Source of the DNA: Bacteroidota bacterium
Lineage (GTDB): Bacteria > Bacteroidota > Ignavibacteria > UBA10030 > UBA8401
NCBI GenBank assembly: GCA_019455105.1
Contig: JACFMZ010000003.1
Span: 4,895 to 67,926 of the forward strand
Direction: 5' to 3'
Length of the DNA stretch: 63,032 bases
The notes under the pieces were generated by a model. The model worked only from the letters and a program-made list of their open reading frames with translations. It was not told where the DNA came from and ran no database searches. Below are positions 1 to 9,355 of the stretch, piece after piece. The number at the start of each line of letters is the position of its first letter. The stretch's first letter is position 1. Made by a program: the position numbers and the translations under genes.

Positions 1-396
1 AAATTGACGGAGATAAATTTTCCTCTTCCCTATTGGATAGTTGTTGTTAATCCGAATATTCATGTTTCAACACCGTGGGCTTATATGTCTCTTGCCGAAG
101 CACGCGGCGGAAATTTTCCTGTTCGTGCTTCGTTATTAGAAGACTTTCGCCGGCGTGATCTTTCAAAAATTTTAACAAACGATTTTGAACCGGTTGTGTT
201 CGAACATTATCCCGTGACAGCACAATTAAAACAGGAGCTGCTTACTCTCGGCGCTGCCTATGCCTTAATGTCCGGCAGCGGTTCATCGGTTTTCGGACTT
301 TTTGAAACACAGGAAAAAGCACAACGGGCGGCAGAAAATTTTGCTGCCTCATTTTTTGTACATATCACCGAACCAAATTTTCTTCCCGAAGAATGA
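1..396 (+). CDS. ispE: 4-diphosphocytidyl-2-C-methyl-D-erythritol kinase, C-terminal part (5' end outside window)
   Basis: Frame is open to the window edge. GHMP-kinase motif 'LMSGSGSSVFGLF' is present. The stop overlaps the next start (ATGA at 393-396). Confidence 0.7.
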   Translation, partial: KLTEINFPLPYWIVVVNPNIHVSTPWAYMSLAEARGGNFPVRASLLEDFRRRDLSKILTNDFEPVVFEHYPVTAQLKQELLTLGAAYALMSGSGSSVFGLFETQEKAQRAAENFAASFFVHITEPNFLPEE

Positions 397-2483
397 ACCG
401 TTTTTCTCTCATAGCGATATTTCTATTTCCTCTTTTTATATTTGCCAATGAAAAAGAACCGTCCCATTTTGATACGACAAAATTTTCTGCGCAGGATTCA
501 GTCCATCATTCAGCGATTAATTTTTCGGACAGCATAACAATCGGCGCCGGCGATTCACTTTCTTATGCTAAAAATGATTCGTTGAACATTCCACAGAGAG
601 ATTCGCTGTTAAAAATAATCCCTATTCCACACATCGGTTCAATTCTCGGCAGCAACACTTCTGCCTGCACTATTGCCGATTCACAAATTTTATGGATTGA
701 TAACCGCACACTGTCCGATATTTTATGGAAAGTTCCGCATGTTTATATTTTCGATTTGTTCACCCAGGGACAAAATAATAATATTACCTTCGGCGGATTA
801 GATAACCGCTATGTGCGTATTTTAATTGACGGACGAAGCGAAGAAGATCCGATCACCGGCATCCAAAATATCTGGACGATTTCTCCCGATGAAATTGAAC
901 GCATTGAAATTATTTCCGGACCGGAAGCCGCATTTTATGCGCAGAACGGAAATGCTTCCGTTATTAATATCATTACCAAAAATTATTATACCAATAAACC
1001 GTACACGCGATTACGATACACGCAGGGCGTTGACAGCTATACCCAGACCGATGCGCTGTTTACCCAAAATATTATCCGCGGCGGTAACCTGACAATCGGG
1101 CTTTCCCATGCGGGGTATGGTTCCAATAAACTCTATGACAGTTACCGCGGACGTTATCCAAATTCATATAATGACGGATGGAATATCCGGACAAAGTTCC
1201 GTTACAACATCATGAACAATTTAAATATTTCTCTATCGTACCATTATAATAAAGCCACAACAAATTTAAATGGAGGAGTAAATATTCTTAAAACATCCAG
1301 CGCCGATGTTTTTAATGATTTAAATGCGGTGGTATATAATTATGAATCGTACGAAAAAGTCACCAATCATCATCTCGATCTCACCATTGCGGTGCATCCT
1401 TTCGGAGATACGACAGAAACCGCAACGTTGACCGGCTATGCTTCAAATTTTCTCCGCGAGTACCGCGATGAAGAAAATCGTTACGGCATGTCTCCTTTCG
1501 GATTAAACGGAATTTTCAAAAAAATAAATTATGACAGCGAAGTGCGCGGCACAAAATTTCAATTTATTTCCAACAATTCTTTTAACACCGTTACGGCTTT
1601 TGCACAATACGAAGAAACCCCGTACGGTCTTGCGGTTGGAGGAAAGAAAACACAAACTCCGCTGCTCGGACTAAAGGATGATGTTACCTTCAGAGATATT
1701 CTCTCTCTTTCTTTGTTTATCAATTCGGCAGGGAATACTTTTGATAAAAATTTCGGCGGTTCGGCAAAAATATTTATCACCGATAATTTTTCCGTGAACG
1801 GCGGAATGTCAAAATCTGTTTATACTCCGTTTATTATTTCTTCTTTTATGCCTTCAGGCAGCGGCGCCGCCGTTCCTATAAACAAAAGTAATTTCACTTC
1901 TCTTCAAGCCGGCGCCGGATTTGAAACTCCTTTCCTTTCAATGCACGTTTCTGCTTTACAACAAAAAATTGAGCATCCGTTTGTTTTGGATACTTCTGCG
2001 GCAATAAATCTTTCTTATTATTCTCCCGCACAATATACTTATAACAGCATCTCAGCAGACGTTCATGCCGTGATAGGCAGTTTTCATTTTGAGGGTTTAG
2101 GAAATTTTCTTCTGCAGCCGGATATTATTCGGAAAAATTTAAAGATGACATTGCTGCCTCGGCTGTCTCTGAACGGTTCCGTGTACTATGAAGGAATTCT
2201 TGTTAAAGGAAATTTACATTTGAAAACAGGATTTCGCGGAAGATTTATTTCCGAGCAGGACGGTCTTCGACCGTTTGATGAATACGGCGTGTGGATTCCG
2301 TATGGAATTACTTCATACGGGCCGAGCAGTACGGTGGATTTTTTTGCAACGGGAAAAATCGGCAACGCCTATATTCATCTCATTGCGGAAAATATTACCA
2401 ATTCGCAGTATATGCTTGCGCCGATATATCCGGCGAACGATACAAATATCCGTTTCGGTATTTCGTGGGAATTTTTTGATTAA
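393..2483 (+). CDS. TonB-dependent outer-membrane receptor-like protein
   Basis: N-terminal signal peptide. Plug-domain signature 'DGRSEEDPITG...IERIEIISGPEAAFYAQNGNASVINIITK'. A long Gly/Tyr/Asn-rich beta-barrel-like remainder follows. Confidence 0.75.
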   Translation: MNRFSLIAIFLFPLFIFANEKEPSHFDTTKFSAQDSVHHSAINFSDSITIGAGDSLSYAKNDSLNIPQRDSLLKIIPIPHIGSILGSNTSACTIADSQILWIDNRTLSDILWKVPHVYIFDLFTQGQNNNITFGGLDNRYVRILIDGRSEEDPITGIQNIWTISPDEIERIEIISGPEAAFYAQNGNASVINIITKNYYTNKPYTRLRYTQGVDSYTQTDALFTQNIIRGGNLTIGLSHAGYGSNKLYDSYRGRYPNSYNDGWNIRTKFRYNIMNNLNISLSYHYNKATTNLNGGVNILKTSSADVFNDLNAVVYNYESYEKVTNHHLDLTIAVHPFGDTTETATLTGYASNFLREYRDEENRYGMSPFGLNGIFKKINYDSEVRGTKFQFISNNSFNTVTAFAQYEETPYGLAVGGKKTQTPLLGLKDDVTFRDILSLSLFINSAGNTFDKNFGGSAKIFITDNFSVNGGMSKSVYTPFIISSFMPSGSGAAVPINKSNFTSLQAGAGFETPFLSMHVSALQQKIEHPFVLDTSAAINLSYYSPAQYTYNSISADVHAVIGSFHFEGLGNFLLQPDIIRKNLKMTLLPRLSLNGSVYYEGILVKGNLHLKTGFRGRFISEQDGLRPFDEYGVWIPYGITSYGPSSTVDFFATGKIGNAYIHLIAENITNSQYMLAPIYPANDTNIRFGISWEFFD

Positions 2484-2489
2484 GAAAAA

Positions 2490-3218
2490 TTATTGAATAA
2501 GCCCGCTGATAGTGACGAACGTAAATCCTCTTTTTCGAAGTCGTGAAATCATTTCCGGCAGTGCTTCCGCTGTATGCCAGCCTCTTTTATTCACATGCAT
2601 CACTATAATAGAGCCGTTTTTTGCACAGGCAGAAACATAGTCAATTAATTTTTTTGCCGTCGCATTTTTATCCGGATCGCCGGAAGGCAAATCATACTCC
2701 ACGGAAGTTAACCCTAATGTTGCAACCGTAGAGAGCATTGAAGAATCATACTCGCCGTACGGCGCGCGAAAATATAACGGCTGTTTTTTCGTCAGCGTAA
2801 AAATAATATCTTGTGTTTTTTTTAATTCGGCAGTAAAAGCTTCCGGCGTAAGTTTTGTGCAGTGAGGATGAAGATAAGAATGACTGGCAATTTCAAAAAA
2901 ATCATGTGAGGCAAGAAACTTTGTTTCGTTCGGGTGGTCAAGCGCCCATCTTCCACATAAAAAAAACGTTGCCGGAATTTTTTCCTTTACTAAAATATCC
3001 ACCACGGCAGAATCGTATTTGCTTTTCCTGTTTGTTGCGCAGGCATCAAAGGTCAATGCAAGGCGTTTTTCTTTTCGGGAGCCGTGCATAATAATTTTCG
3101 GCTGTGTTGCAGAAAGTTTCGGCGCACTGATAATAGAAAACGGCTCGGATAAAACCGGTTTGGCTTCTTCCGTGTGGTTCGGCAAAATTAACAAATAGAG
3201 AATAAAAAGAAAATTCAT
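2490..3218 (-). CDS. polysaccharide deacetylase (NodB-homology) family protein
   Basis: Signal peptide. NodB-type motifs 'LTFDACA', 'HSYLHP' and 'FRAPYGEYD' are present. Confidence 0.7.
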   Translation of the reverse strand: MNFLFILYLLILPNHTEEAKPVLSEPFSIISAPKLSATQPKIIMHGSRKEKRLALTFDACATNRKSKYDSAVVDILVKEKIPATFFLCGRWALDHPNETKFLASHDFFEIASHSYLHPHCTKLTPEAFTAELKKTQDIIFTLTKKQPLYFRAPYGEYDSSMLSTVATLGLTSVEYDLPSGDPDKNATAKKLIDYVSACAKNGSIIVMHVNKRGWHTAEALPEMISRLRKRGFTFVTISGLIQ

Positions 3219-3239
3219 TTTCTTCTTTTAGCTATTGAA

Positions 3240-5081
3240 TTACAATGTATCTCCGCGCAGCTGGCGAATTCTCTTTCGGGCAGATTCCGCATAGAGCGAG
3301 AGAGGATATTTTTCAAGCAGTAATTCATATTGTTGTATTGCCTGCGCTTTATCATTCAAATAGAATTGGTACAGCTCGGCAATTTTAAATTGTGTCTTTT
3401 CAATTTCGATGCTTTTAGGATAATCGCTGAGAATTTTTTTGTAGGCAGTTAATGCATCGCTGAACCGCTTCAGCACAATGGAGTAATCGGCAATCTTTAT
3501 CAAGGCATCATCGCAGAGCGGCGCATCGGCAAAGGCGCTAATCGTAGAGGTGAGAAGCACAATTGCTTCGGAGAGTTTTAATTGGCGCGCCAGCAATTCT
3601 GCGTGCGCATAATTTCGCAGAGCCTCGGGAAATGTTGTTTTATTTTCGTTGATAAAATTTTGCAGCAACAGCGCATCGTTTGTTTCATCAGCTTTCAGGT
3701 TTTCCGTTATCTTTCCGAACAGAACATTGGCGCTGTCAAATCTTCCCTGAAAATATTGAATTTCTGCAAGCCGGAACTCCCCTGTTGTTTTTTGTTCCGG
3801 AGTTGAAAATTGTGAAACGGATAATTCATAATATTTTTTTTCGGCAGAAGAAAATTCTCCTTTCATTTCATACAAATCTCCAACCGTTGAAAGCACCTGC
3901 GGAATCATCGGTCCCACTCTGACAACGGTAACAACCGAATCAAACATTTGCAGCGCTCCGTCAAGATCGAACAATTGTTTATATCGAATCCAGCCAATGC
4001 GATACAGGGCATTGGCGGCAATTGAAGTGTAGGGATATTCTTTCACAATGCTTTCATACAACAGTACAGCTGCATTAAAAGTCGGCTGCGTTTCTAACAA
4101 CGAAGAATTTTCTCTCTGCTGATGCCGCGTAATGGAATCCGCCGGTAGACTTAATTCTTCTACACACCGGGCGTAGCCGTATTTTGCCGAAGACGCAAAC
4201 GGCATTTTTGGCCCTAATTGCAACGCAAGAGTGTATGCCGAAGCGGCAACCGTGTAACTATTTTCCCGAAAGGCGCGCTCCGCAAAAGAAAATATTTCCG
4301 TGCCGTTGGTGTGAATTTTTTCTTCCAATGTTTTAGAAACAGCAAACGCATCGGCATAATTTGCATCTTCCATATACGACCATTGAAGCAGTCTAAGAAT
4401 GCCGACATCATTTCCATTCTTTTTATTTTCTTCCTGAAGAACATGTTGAATGGCAGAAAGCCCGTCTTTCTTTGAAGCAAACTGTGCAAGGCGGGACTGC
4501 ACAAAATCCATTTGCTGCGGATTCTGTTTGAGCAGCAAGAGATATTCCTTCGCCGCATTTTGATAATCCATCATAAAGGTATAATAATATCCCAGTTCGC
4601 CGGCAAACAAAAACGGGTCGCCGATTTTTTTTCTGCCGGAAAGATACGTTGCAATGGCTTTATCAAATAACCGCTGATTGACCTGCTCGCCTGCCACAGC
4701 ACGATACAACATCTGGTTTCCTATACCGGAAAGAAGAACGGCGTTCCAAACAGAATCAGCTTTCGTTTCACTGCCGGACATATAATAGATTCCGCCTAAA
4801 CTTGCCTGCAAAGTAAAATCAAACGGCATTATCGTTAACCGAGAACGTGTAAGAGCAATTGCATTATCATATTGTTTTAACTGCAGATAACAGCGGCGAA
4901 GACCGTCAAAATACGAATAGTTCAGTGTATCATTTTGATACAACGAATGATAAAGATCAGCAGCGCGCTCAAACTCACTGCTCTGCTCAAAAGACTGGGC
5001 AAGACGAAGCAGATTTTGCGCATCTTGAGATTGAGCAAAAACCGATACTAAAAAAAAAGTAAGAACTATCAGTTTTTTCAT
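3240..5081 (-). CDS. secreted TPR-repeat protein
   Basis: Signal peptide 'MKKLIVLTFFLVSVFAQS'. Repeated 34-aa Ala/Tyr/Leu helical pattern throughout (e.g. 'AIQQYELLLEKYPLSLYAESA'). Confidence 0.65.
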   Translation of the reverse strand: MKKLIVLTFFLVSVFAQSQDAQNLLRLAQSFEQSSEFERAADLYHSLYQNDTLNYSYFDGLRRCYLQLKQYDNAIALTRSRLTIMPFDFTLQASLGGIYYMSGSETKADSVWNAVLLSGIGNQMLYRAVAGEQVNQRLFDKAIATYLSGRKKIGDPFLFAGELGYYYTFMMDYQNAAKEYLLLLKQNPQQMDFVQSRLAQFASKKDGLSAIQHVLQEENKKNGNDVGILRLLQWSYMEDANYADAFAVSKTLEEKIHTNGTEIFSFAERAFRENSYTVAASAYTLALQLGPKMPFASSAKYGYARCVEELSLPADSITRHQQRENSSLLETQPTFNAAVLLYESIVKEYPYTSIAANALYRIGWIRYKQLFDLDGALQMFDSVVTVVRVGPMIPQVLSTVGDLYEMKGEFSSAEKKYYELSVSQFSTPEQKTTGEFRLAEIQYFQGRFDSANVLFGKITENLKADETNDALLLQNFINENKTTFPEALRNYAHAELLARQLKLSEAIVLLTSTISAFADAPLCDDALIKIADYSIVLKRFSDALTAYKKILSDYPKSIEIEKTQFKIAELYQFYLNDKAQAIQQYELLLEKYPLSLYAESARKRIRQLRGDTL

Positions 5082-5263
5082 AAAAAGAATATACTTCTTT
5101 TGAATATAATGACCAACATATCTTTACATTGCTTCACACGCCCTATTTCTCTATTTTGTTAAAGTAAATCTCTCGCAGAGACGCAAAGTCGCATAATAAA
5201 TTATTTAATTTTTAAGTCTCCGCGTCTTTGCGTGAGAAAAACCATTAAATTTTACAGCAAAAC

Positions 5264-6406
5264 GTGAAAAAATTAGCTATTCTCGGCTCCACCGGCTCTA
5301 TTGGAAAACAGACATTAGAAGTTATTGAAAATTTCCCGAAAGAATTTCAAGCAACCTATCTTTCCGCCAATAATAATATTGATCTTCTGAAACAACAGAT
5401 TCAGAAATTTCGTCCGAAAGCTGTCGTAATATTAGACGAACAATGTGCAAAATCGTTAACAAAAGAATTCGGCGGAACAACAAAAATTTTAAGCGGCGAG
5501 CAGGCGCTGCAGGAAATTGTTCAACAGGATGATGTGGATATTGTGGTCAGCTCGCTTGTCGGGTTTGCCGGTTTAAAGCCGACCATAAAAGCCATTGAAG
5601 CAAAGAAAAAAATTGCTCTTGCGAACAAAGAAACCCTGGTGGTCGCCGGAGAAATTATGATTCCGCTTGCCGAAAAACATAATATTGAACTGCTTCCGGT
5701 GGACAGCGAACACTCGGCAATTTTTCAATGTTTGGTCGGCGAGCTTCCGAATAAAATTGAAAAAATTATCCTTACCGCATCAGGCGGTCCGTTTCGCAAT
5801 CATTCGCTGAAAGAATTGGAAACCGTTACCATTGCCGACGCGCTCAATCATCCGAACTGGAAGATGGGAAATAAAATTACGATTGATTCGGCAACGCTGA
5901 TGAATAAAGGATTGGAAGTGATTGAAGCGCATTGGCTCTTCGGCGTTCGGGCAGAAAAAATTGACGTCGTCGTTCATCCGCAGTCCATTATTCACTCCAT
6001 GGTAGAATTTGTGGACGGCTCTATTAAAGCGCAGCTCGGCGCTCCGGATATGAAAATTCCCATTCAGTATGCGCTGACTTATCCTTCGCGCGCACAGGCA
6101 CAATGGCCGCGGGTTAATTTTTCAAAACTGAAAGAAATGACATTTTTTGAACCGGATACGAAACGCTTCCCCTGTTTGGAACTGGCGTATTCAGCACTAC
6201 GCTCCGGCGGAACGATTCCTGCCGTTATGAATGCAGCGAACGAAATTGCCGTTGCAAATTTTTTAACCGGAAAAATTACGTTTAATGATATTCCGCGAAT
6301 TATCCGGAACGTGATGGAACAGCACTCATCAGAAAAGCAGCCGACACTCGATGCTATTTTTGATGCGGATACGTGGGCGAGGAGAAAAGCACTGGAATAT
6401 ATTTAA
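5264..6406 (+). CDS. dxr: 1-deoxy-D-xylulose 5-phosphate reductoisomerase
   Basis: GTG start. N-terminal 'ILGSTGSIGKQTL' NADPH-binding motif, plus 'LPVDSEHSAIFQC' and 'NKGLEVIEAHWLF'. Confidence 0.95.
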   Translation: MKKLAILGSTGSIGKQTLEVIENFPKEFQATYLSANNNIDLLKQQIQKFRPKAVVILDEQCAKSLTKEFGGTTKILSGEQALQEIVQQDDVDIVVSSLVGFAGLKPTIKAIEAKKKIALANKETLVVAGEIMIPLAEKHNIELLPVDSEHSAIFQCLVGELPNKIEKIILTASGGPFRNHSLKELETVTIADALNHPNWKMGNKITIDSATLMNKGLEVIEAHWLFGVRAEKIDVVVHPQSIIHSMVEFVDGSIKAQLGAPDMKIPIQYALTYPSRAQAQWPRVNFSKLKEMTFFEPDTKRFPCLELAYSALRSGGTIPAVMNAANEIAVANFLTGKITFNDIPRIIRNVMEQHSSEKQPTLDAIFDADTWARRKALEYI

Positions 6407-6528
6407 AGAAGTCAAATTATTATTCCGGCTTGCACTGTTTTAATTTTTAGACGTTTCAAGACTTTGCTATTAGAAGAAGAAATCTGCCGCTTCTTATCTT
6501 CCAACCTGTCGAACTTACCAAATCCGGT

Positions 6529-7173
6529 TTACGATGCTTTGAGCTGACGCATCTTATCCAACCGCAGTTTATCTTTTGATGAAATATGTCCGATAACGAC
6601 ACCGACAATTTTAAACTGTTCATCATTCTTGCTGATGATAATCGGTTTGTATTTTTTATTTGCCGGAATAAGCGTAATAATATTTCCTTCCTGCTTAAAC
6701 CATTTTAATGTCGGCTCTCCTTCAACAAGAGCAACCACCATTCTGTTTCTTCTCACCGTTTCATTCGGATCGACAAAAACTAAATCGCCGGTAGAAAGTC
6801 CGGCATCAATCATACTGTCTCCTTTTACATACAATCCGAAAATTCCGTCGCTGTTCGAGAGATAATTTTGCAGTTCAAACGAGTCAACAATATTTTCCTG
6901 TGACATGAACGGATGTCCGGCGGGTACCGTGCCGTAAATCGGAATGCCGATTGTCGGAGGCTGCAACAGTTCAATTCCGCGGGCGATATTCGGCGTATAA
7001 CGTATAACATTTTTTCTTGCCAATGCGAGAACATGATCGCGTGCACCGTTGGTTGACATAGCAAGAAGCTCGCTGAGTTCAGCAAAGGTGGGGGGAAGAT
7101 TATTTTCCTGAATATATTGAGTAATAACTTTCAGCACTTTGTGCTGGGTCTTGGTCAATTCCGTTTTTGCCAT
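6529..7173 (-). CDS. lexA: LexA repressor (S24 peptidase)
   Basis: Winged-HTH N-terminus. Cleavage/catalytic region 'VPAGHPF...GDSM...K'. I chose the ATG at 7173 (MAKTEL...) because AGGAGAA lies 7 nt upstream; the tracked TTG at 7188 is less likely. Confidence 0.9.
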   Translation of the reverse strand: MAKTELTKTQHKVLKVITQYIQENNLPPTFAELSELLAMSTNGARDHVLALARKNVIRYTPNIARGIELLQPPTIGIPIYGTVPAGHPFMSQENIVDSFELQNYLSNSDGIFGLYVKGDSMIDAGLSTGDLVFVDPNETVRRNRMVVALVEGEPTLKWFKQEGNIITLIPANKKYKPIIISKNDEQFKIVGVVIGHISSKDKLRLDKMRQLKAS

Positions 7174-7213
7174 TGGTTTCTCCTGCAATACATTGTTTTA
7201 CCTAACGAATTTC

Positions 7214-7233
7214 TACTTCACAAATATACAGTA
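7214..7233. promoter_or_regulatory. candidate LexA (SOS) operator upstream of lexA
   Basis: TACTTCACAAATATACAGTA matches the gammaproteobacterial SOS box TACTGTATATATATACAGTA at 16 of 20 positions, but one half-site is degenerate. It lies 41-60 nt upstream of the lexA ATG and overlaps an 8-bp inverted repeat (TGCAATAC 7184-7191 / GTATTGCA 7231-7238). Confidence 0.3.
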
Positions 7234-7247
7234 TTGCAATGCGGCTG

Positions 7248-7958
7248 TCAAGCTAATTTTCTTTCAGCGGCTCCATACATTCTCTGCCTTGGTTTTTTTG
7301 AATTGCTGACATACGGCGAGACGCGATAAGCTTTCATTTTTTCTGAGGGAAACGGAACGAGAAGTTTTTTCAGAGCATCCGTGTCATTATAGCTCGGGTC
7401 GAGCCATTCTTCATAATTTTTTTTATGAAGAATAACCGGCATACGGTTGTGAATTTCGGACATCAGTTCATTCGGCGTTGTGGTAATAATTGAAAAACTG
7501 GGTTTTTCTTTTTCTGCCTCATTGTTTTTCCAGACTGAATAGACGCCGGCGAAAAAGAATGGCTGTTCATCGCGCCTGCGAATGCACATAGGATGTTTTT
7601 CTTTTTCGGAAATTTTTTTCCATTCGTAAAATCCATCGGCAGGAATAAGACAGCGGCGTGCTTTAAAATATTTTCCAAAGAGTTTACTTTCAGCAATTCC
7701 TTCTGCCCGTGCATTAAACGACGCGAATTTCATATCAGGATTTCCATCTTTCGACCAATGCGGAATCAACCACCACACCGCTTCAAGCGGCTGAGGTTCG
7801 TTTTTTTCTCTCTGCACCACAATGGGAAGTTTTTGTGTGGGCGCGGCGTTGTAGCGCGGAATTTCCAGATACGGAATTTGCTGTTCGTGTAATGTTTTTA
7901 ACAATTCAGTGGTGGCAAATATTTTTTGCCCGCTGATGATTATATAGCGTCCGCACAT
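7248..7958 (-). CDS. SOS response-associated peptidase (SRAP/YedK family, abasic-site processing)
   Basis: The family-defining N-terminus 'MCGRY' is at the internal ATG 7958, so the tracked upstream extension is unlikely. 'WGLIP'-like 'WWLIPHW' motif. Sits directly upstream of lexA. Confidence 0.85.
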   Translation of the reverse strand: MCGRYIIISGQKIFATTELLKTLHEQQIPYLEIPRYNAAPTQKLPIVVQREKNEPQPLEAVWWLIPHWSKDGNPDMKFASFNARAEGIAESKLFGKYFKARRCLIPADGFYEWKKISEKEKHPMCIRRRDEQPFFFAGVYSVWKNNEAEKEKPSFSIITTTPNELMSEIHNRMPVILHKKNYEEWLDPSYNDTDALKKLLVPFPSEKMKAYRVSPYVSNSKKPRQRMYGAAERKLA

Positions 7959-8167
7959 TTGAAATTCCTTTTTATTAAACGTAAAAAAGAGAAATGAGTT
8001 ATGCAAATTGCCGGTGATAAATAGCATACTGTTAAAATTTCAAAAATAGTACGGAAGGGAAGAATGATACTGCGGTGTAACATTAGGAAAGAGAACAGCC
8101 GATCTATCGATAATTATTACGAACTATTATTGAGTACCAGATACTGTGTTTAATAATAATCCCTTTA

Positions 8168-9355
8168 CTATTCATAAATATAGATACTGGCAACAATTGG
8201 GTCGAACTGGTGGTGGGAAATAATTCGTTCAATATGATGCAAGCTCATTACCGTATCTTTTGTAAGAAGTTTTGTTCCGCTGCCGGTGCTTAAATCGGCG
8301 GCAAGTTTCATTCCCGGAATAAGATCGTTAACACCAACGGCTCTCTTTCCGATAAGCCAATCTTTTTCTTCGACAACCAGAAAAAATTCTTCCACCAGCT
8401 GAGTGATAACAGGATCCAGTATAGAACCTCGAACTTTTTTTAATGCATTTAAGAGAGAATCTTTTGTTTGAAATTTATCGCTGTTATGCTCAATAAAGTT
8501 TATTGCCCGCAGCACTCGAGCGCCGACAGGAATTTCTTCTCCCATTAATTTATCCGGATACCCCGAACCATCGAAGTTTTCCATCTGGTGGCGGATTAAA
8601 ACAGTAACATCGTGAAGTTTGGGTATTTTTGACAACAGTGATTCGCCGGCAAGCGGATATTGCATTCGCTCCTGCGGTTCATGGAAAGCTTTTTTCTCTT
8701 CCGGCTGCGCATCAAAGATTGCAATTTTTCCGATTTCGTGCAGCGCCGCCGCACTGGTGAGAAGCTGCTGTTCTTCAGGGGCGAGCGACAATTTTTTTCC
8801 AACCCAGTCAATAATTTTCTGCGCTTGTTCGGCACGTTTTACCGCACCCGGCACGTGAATGCCGATAAGAAGCGTGAGAAGATTTAAAACTCCGCTGTAA
8901 CTTTCTTCAAGAATAATATTTGTTTCTGCCAGTTTCTTTTTTTCTGCTTTAAGGTCTTCTTGTAATTTTACCGTACGAAAACTTGCCCGCACGCGGGATA
9001 ACAGCTCTTCCGGAAAAATAGGTTTTGAAATAAATTCATCTGCGCCGCTGTCTAATCCTTTAACTTTGTCATCAACACCGGTAGCAGCGGTCAAAAGAAT
9101 AAACATTCCTTCGCGAAGAATCGGGTGTTCTTTAATTTTTTTACAGAGTTGAATGCCGTCAAGTCCCGGCATATAATAATCGGAAATAATTATTTGCGGC
9201 GATTGTAATTCCGCCAGGCGCAGAGCATCAGTTCCGCTTTGCGACGTGATAACCGAATAATTTTTATCTCCGTGTAATATTTGCGCAATCAACAAGAGCT
9301 GTGTTGCGTCGTCATCTACCACTAAGATTGTGCACTTTTTATTGTTGTCCGTCAT
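8168..9355 (-). CDS. response regulator with REC domain and HD-GYP-type output domain (variant HD motif)
   Basis: REC: 'ILVVDDD...ISDYYMPGLDG...KP'. Output domain: 'LHEIGK' and 'HQMENFDGSGYP'. The start overlaps the motB stop by 17 nt. Confidence 0.85.
   Translation of the reverse strand: MTDNNKKCTILVVDDDATQLLLIAQILHGDKNYSVITSQSGTDALRLAELQSPQIIISDYYMPGLDGIQLCKKIKEHPILREGMFILLTAATGVDDKVKGLDSGADEFISKPIFPEELLSRVRASFRTVKLQEDLKAEKKKLAETNIILEESYSGVLNLLTLLIGIHVPGAVKRAEQAQKIIDWVGKKLSLAPEEQQLLTSAAALHEIGKIAIFDAQPEEKKAFHEPQERMQYPLAGESLLSKIPKLHDVTVLIRHQMENFDGSGYPDKLMGEEIPVGARVLRAINFIEHNSDKFQTKDSLLNALKKVRGSILDPVITQLVEEFFLVVEEKDWLIGKRAVGVNDLIPGMKLAADLSTGSGTKLLTKDTVMSLHHIERIISHHQFDPIVASIYIYE

Noticed and set aside
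7959-8027. N-terminal extensions of tracked ORFs. Examples: SRAP to 8027, flgH to 18507, flgI to 17848, the AMIN-like protein to 21787, the ORF at 40829 to 41287, the ORF at 46201 to 46608, the MCP to 61402, and cheY to 50549.
   Set aside because: In each case an internal ATG coincides with the family's canonical N-terminus or signal peptide, has a better Shine-Dalgarno sequence, and removes a long overlap with the upstream gene.
8027-8051. TACTGTT-N13-TAGTA upstream of the SRAP gene as a second SOS box.
   Set aside because: The spacing and half-sites do not match the candidate box at 7214-7233 or any LexA consensus I know. It is AT-rich and likely fortuitous.
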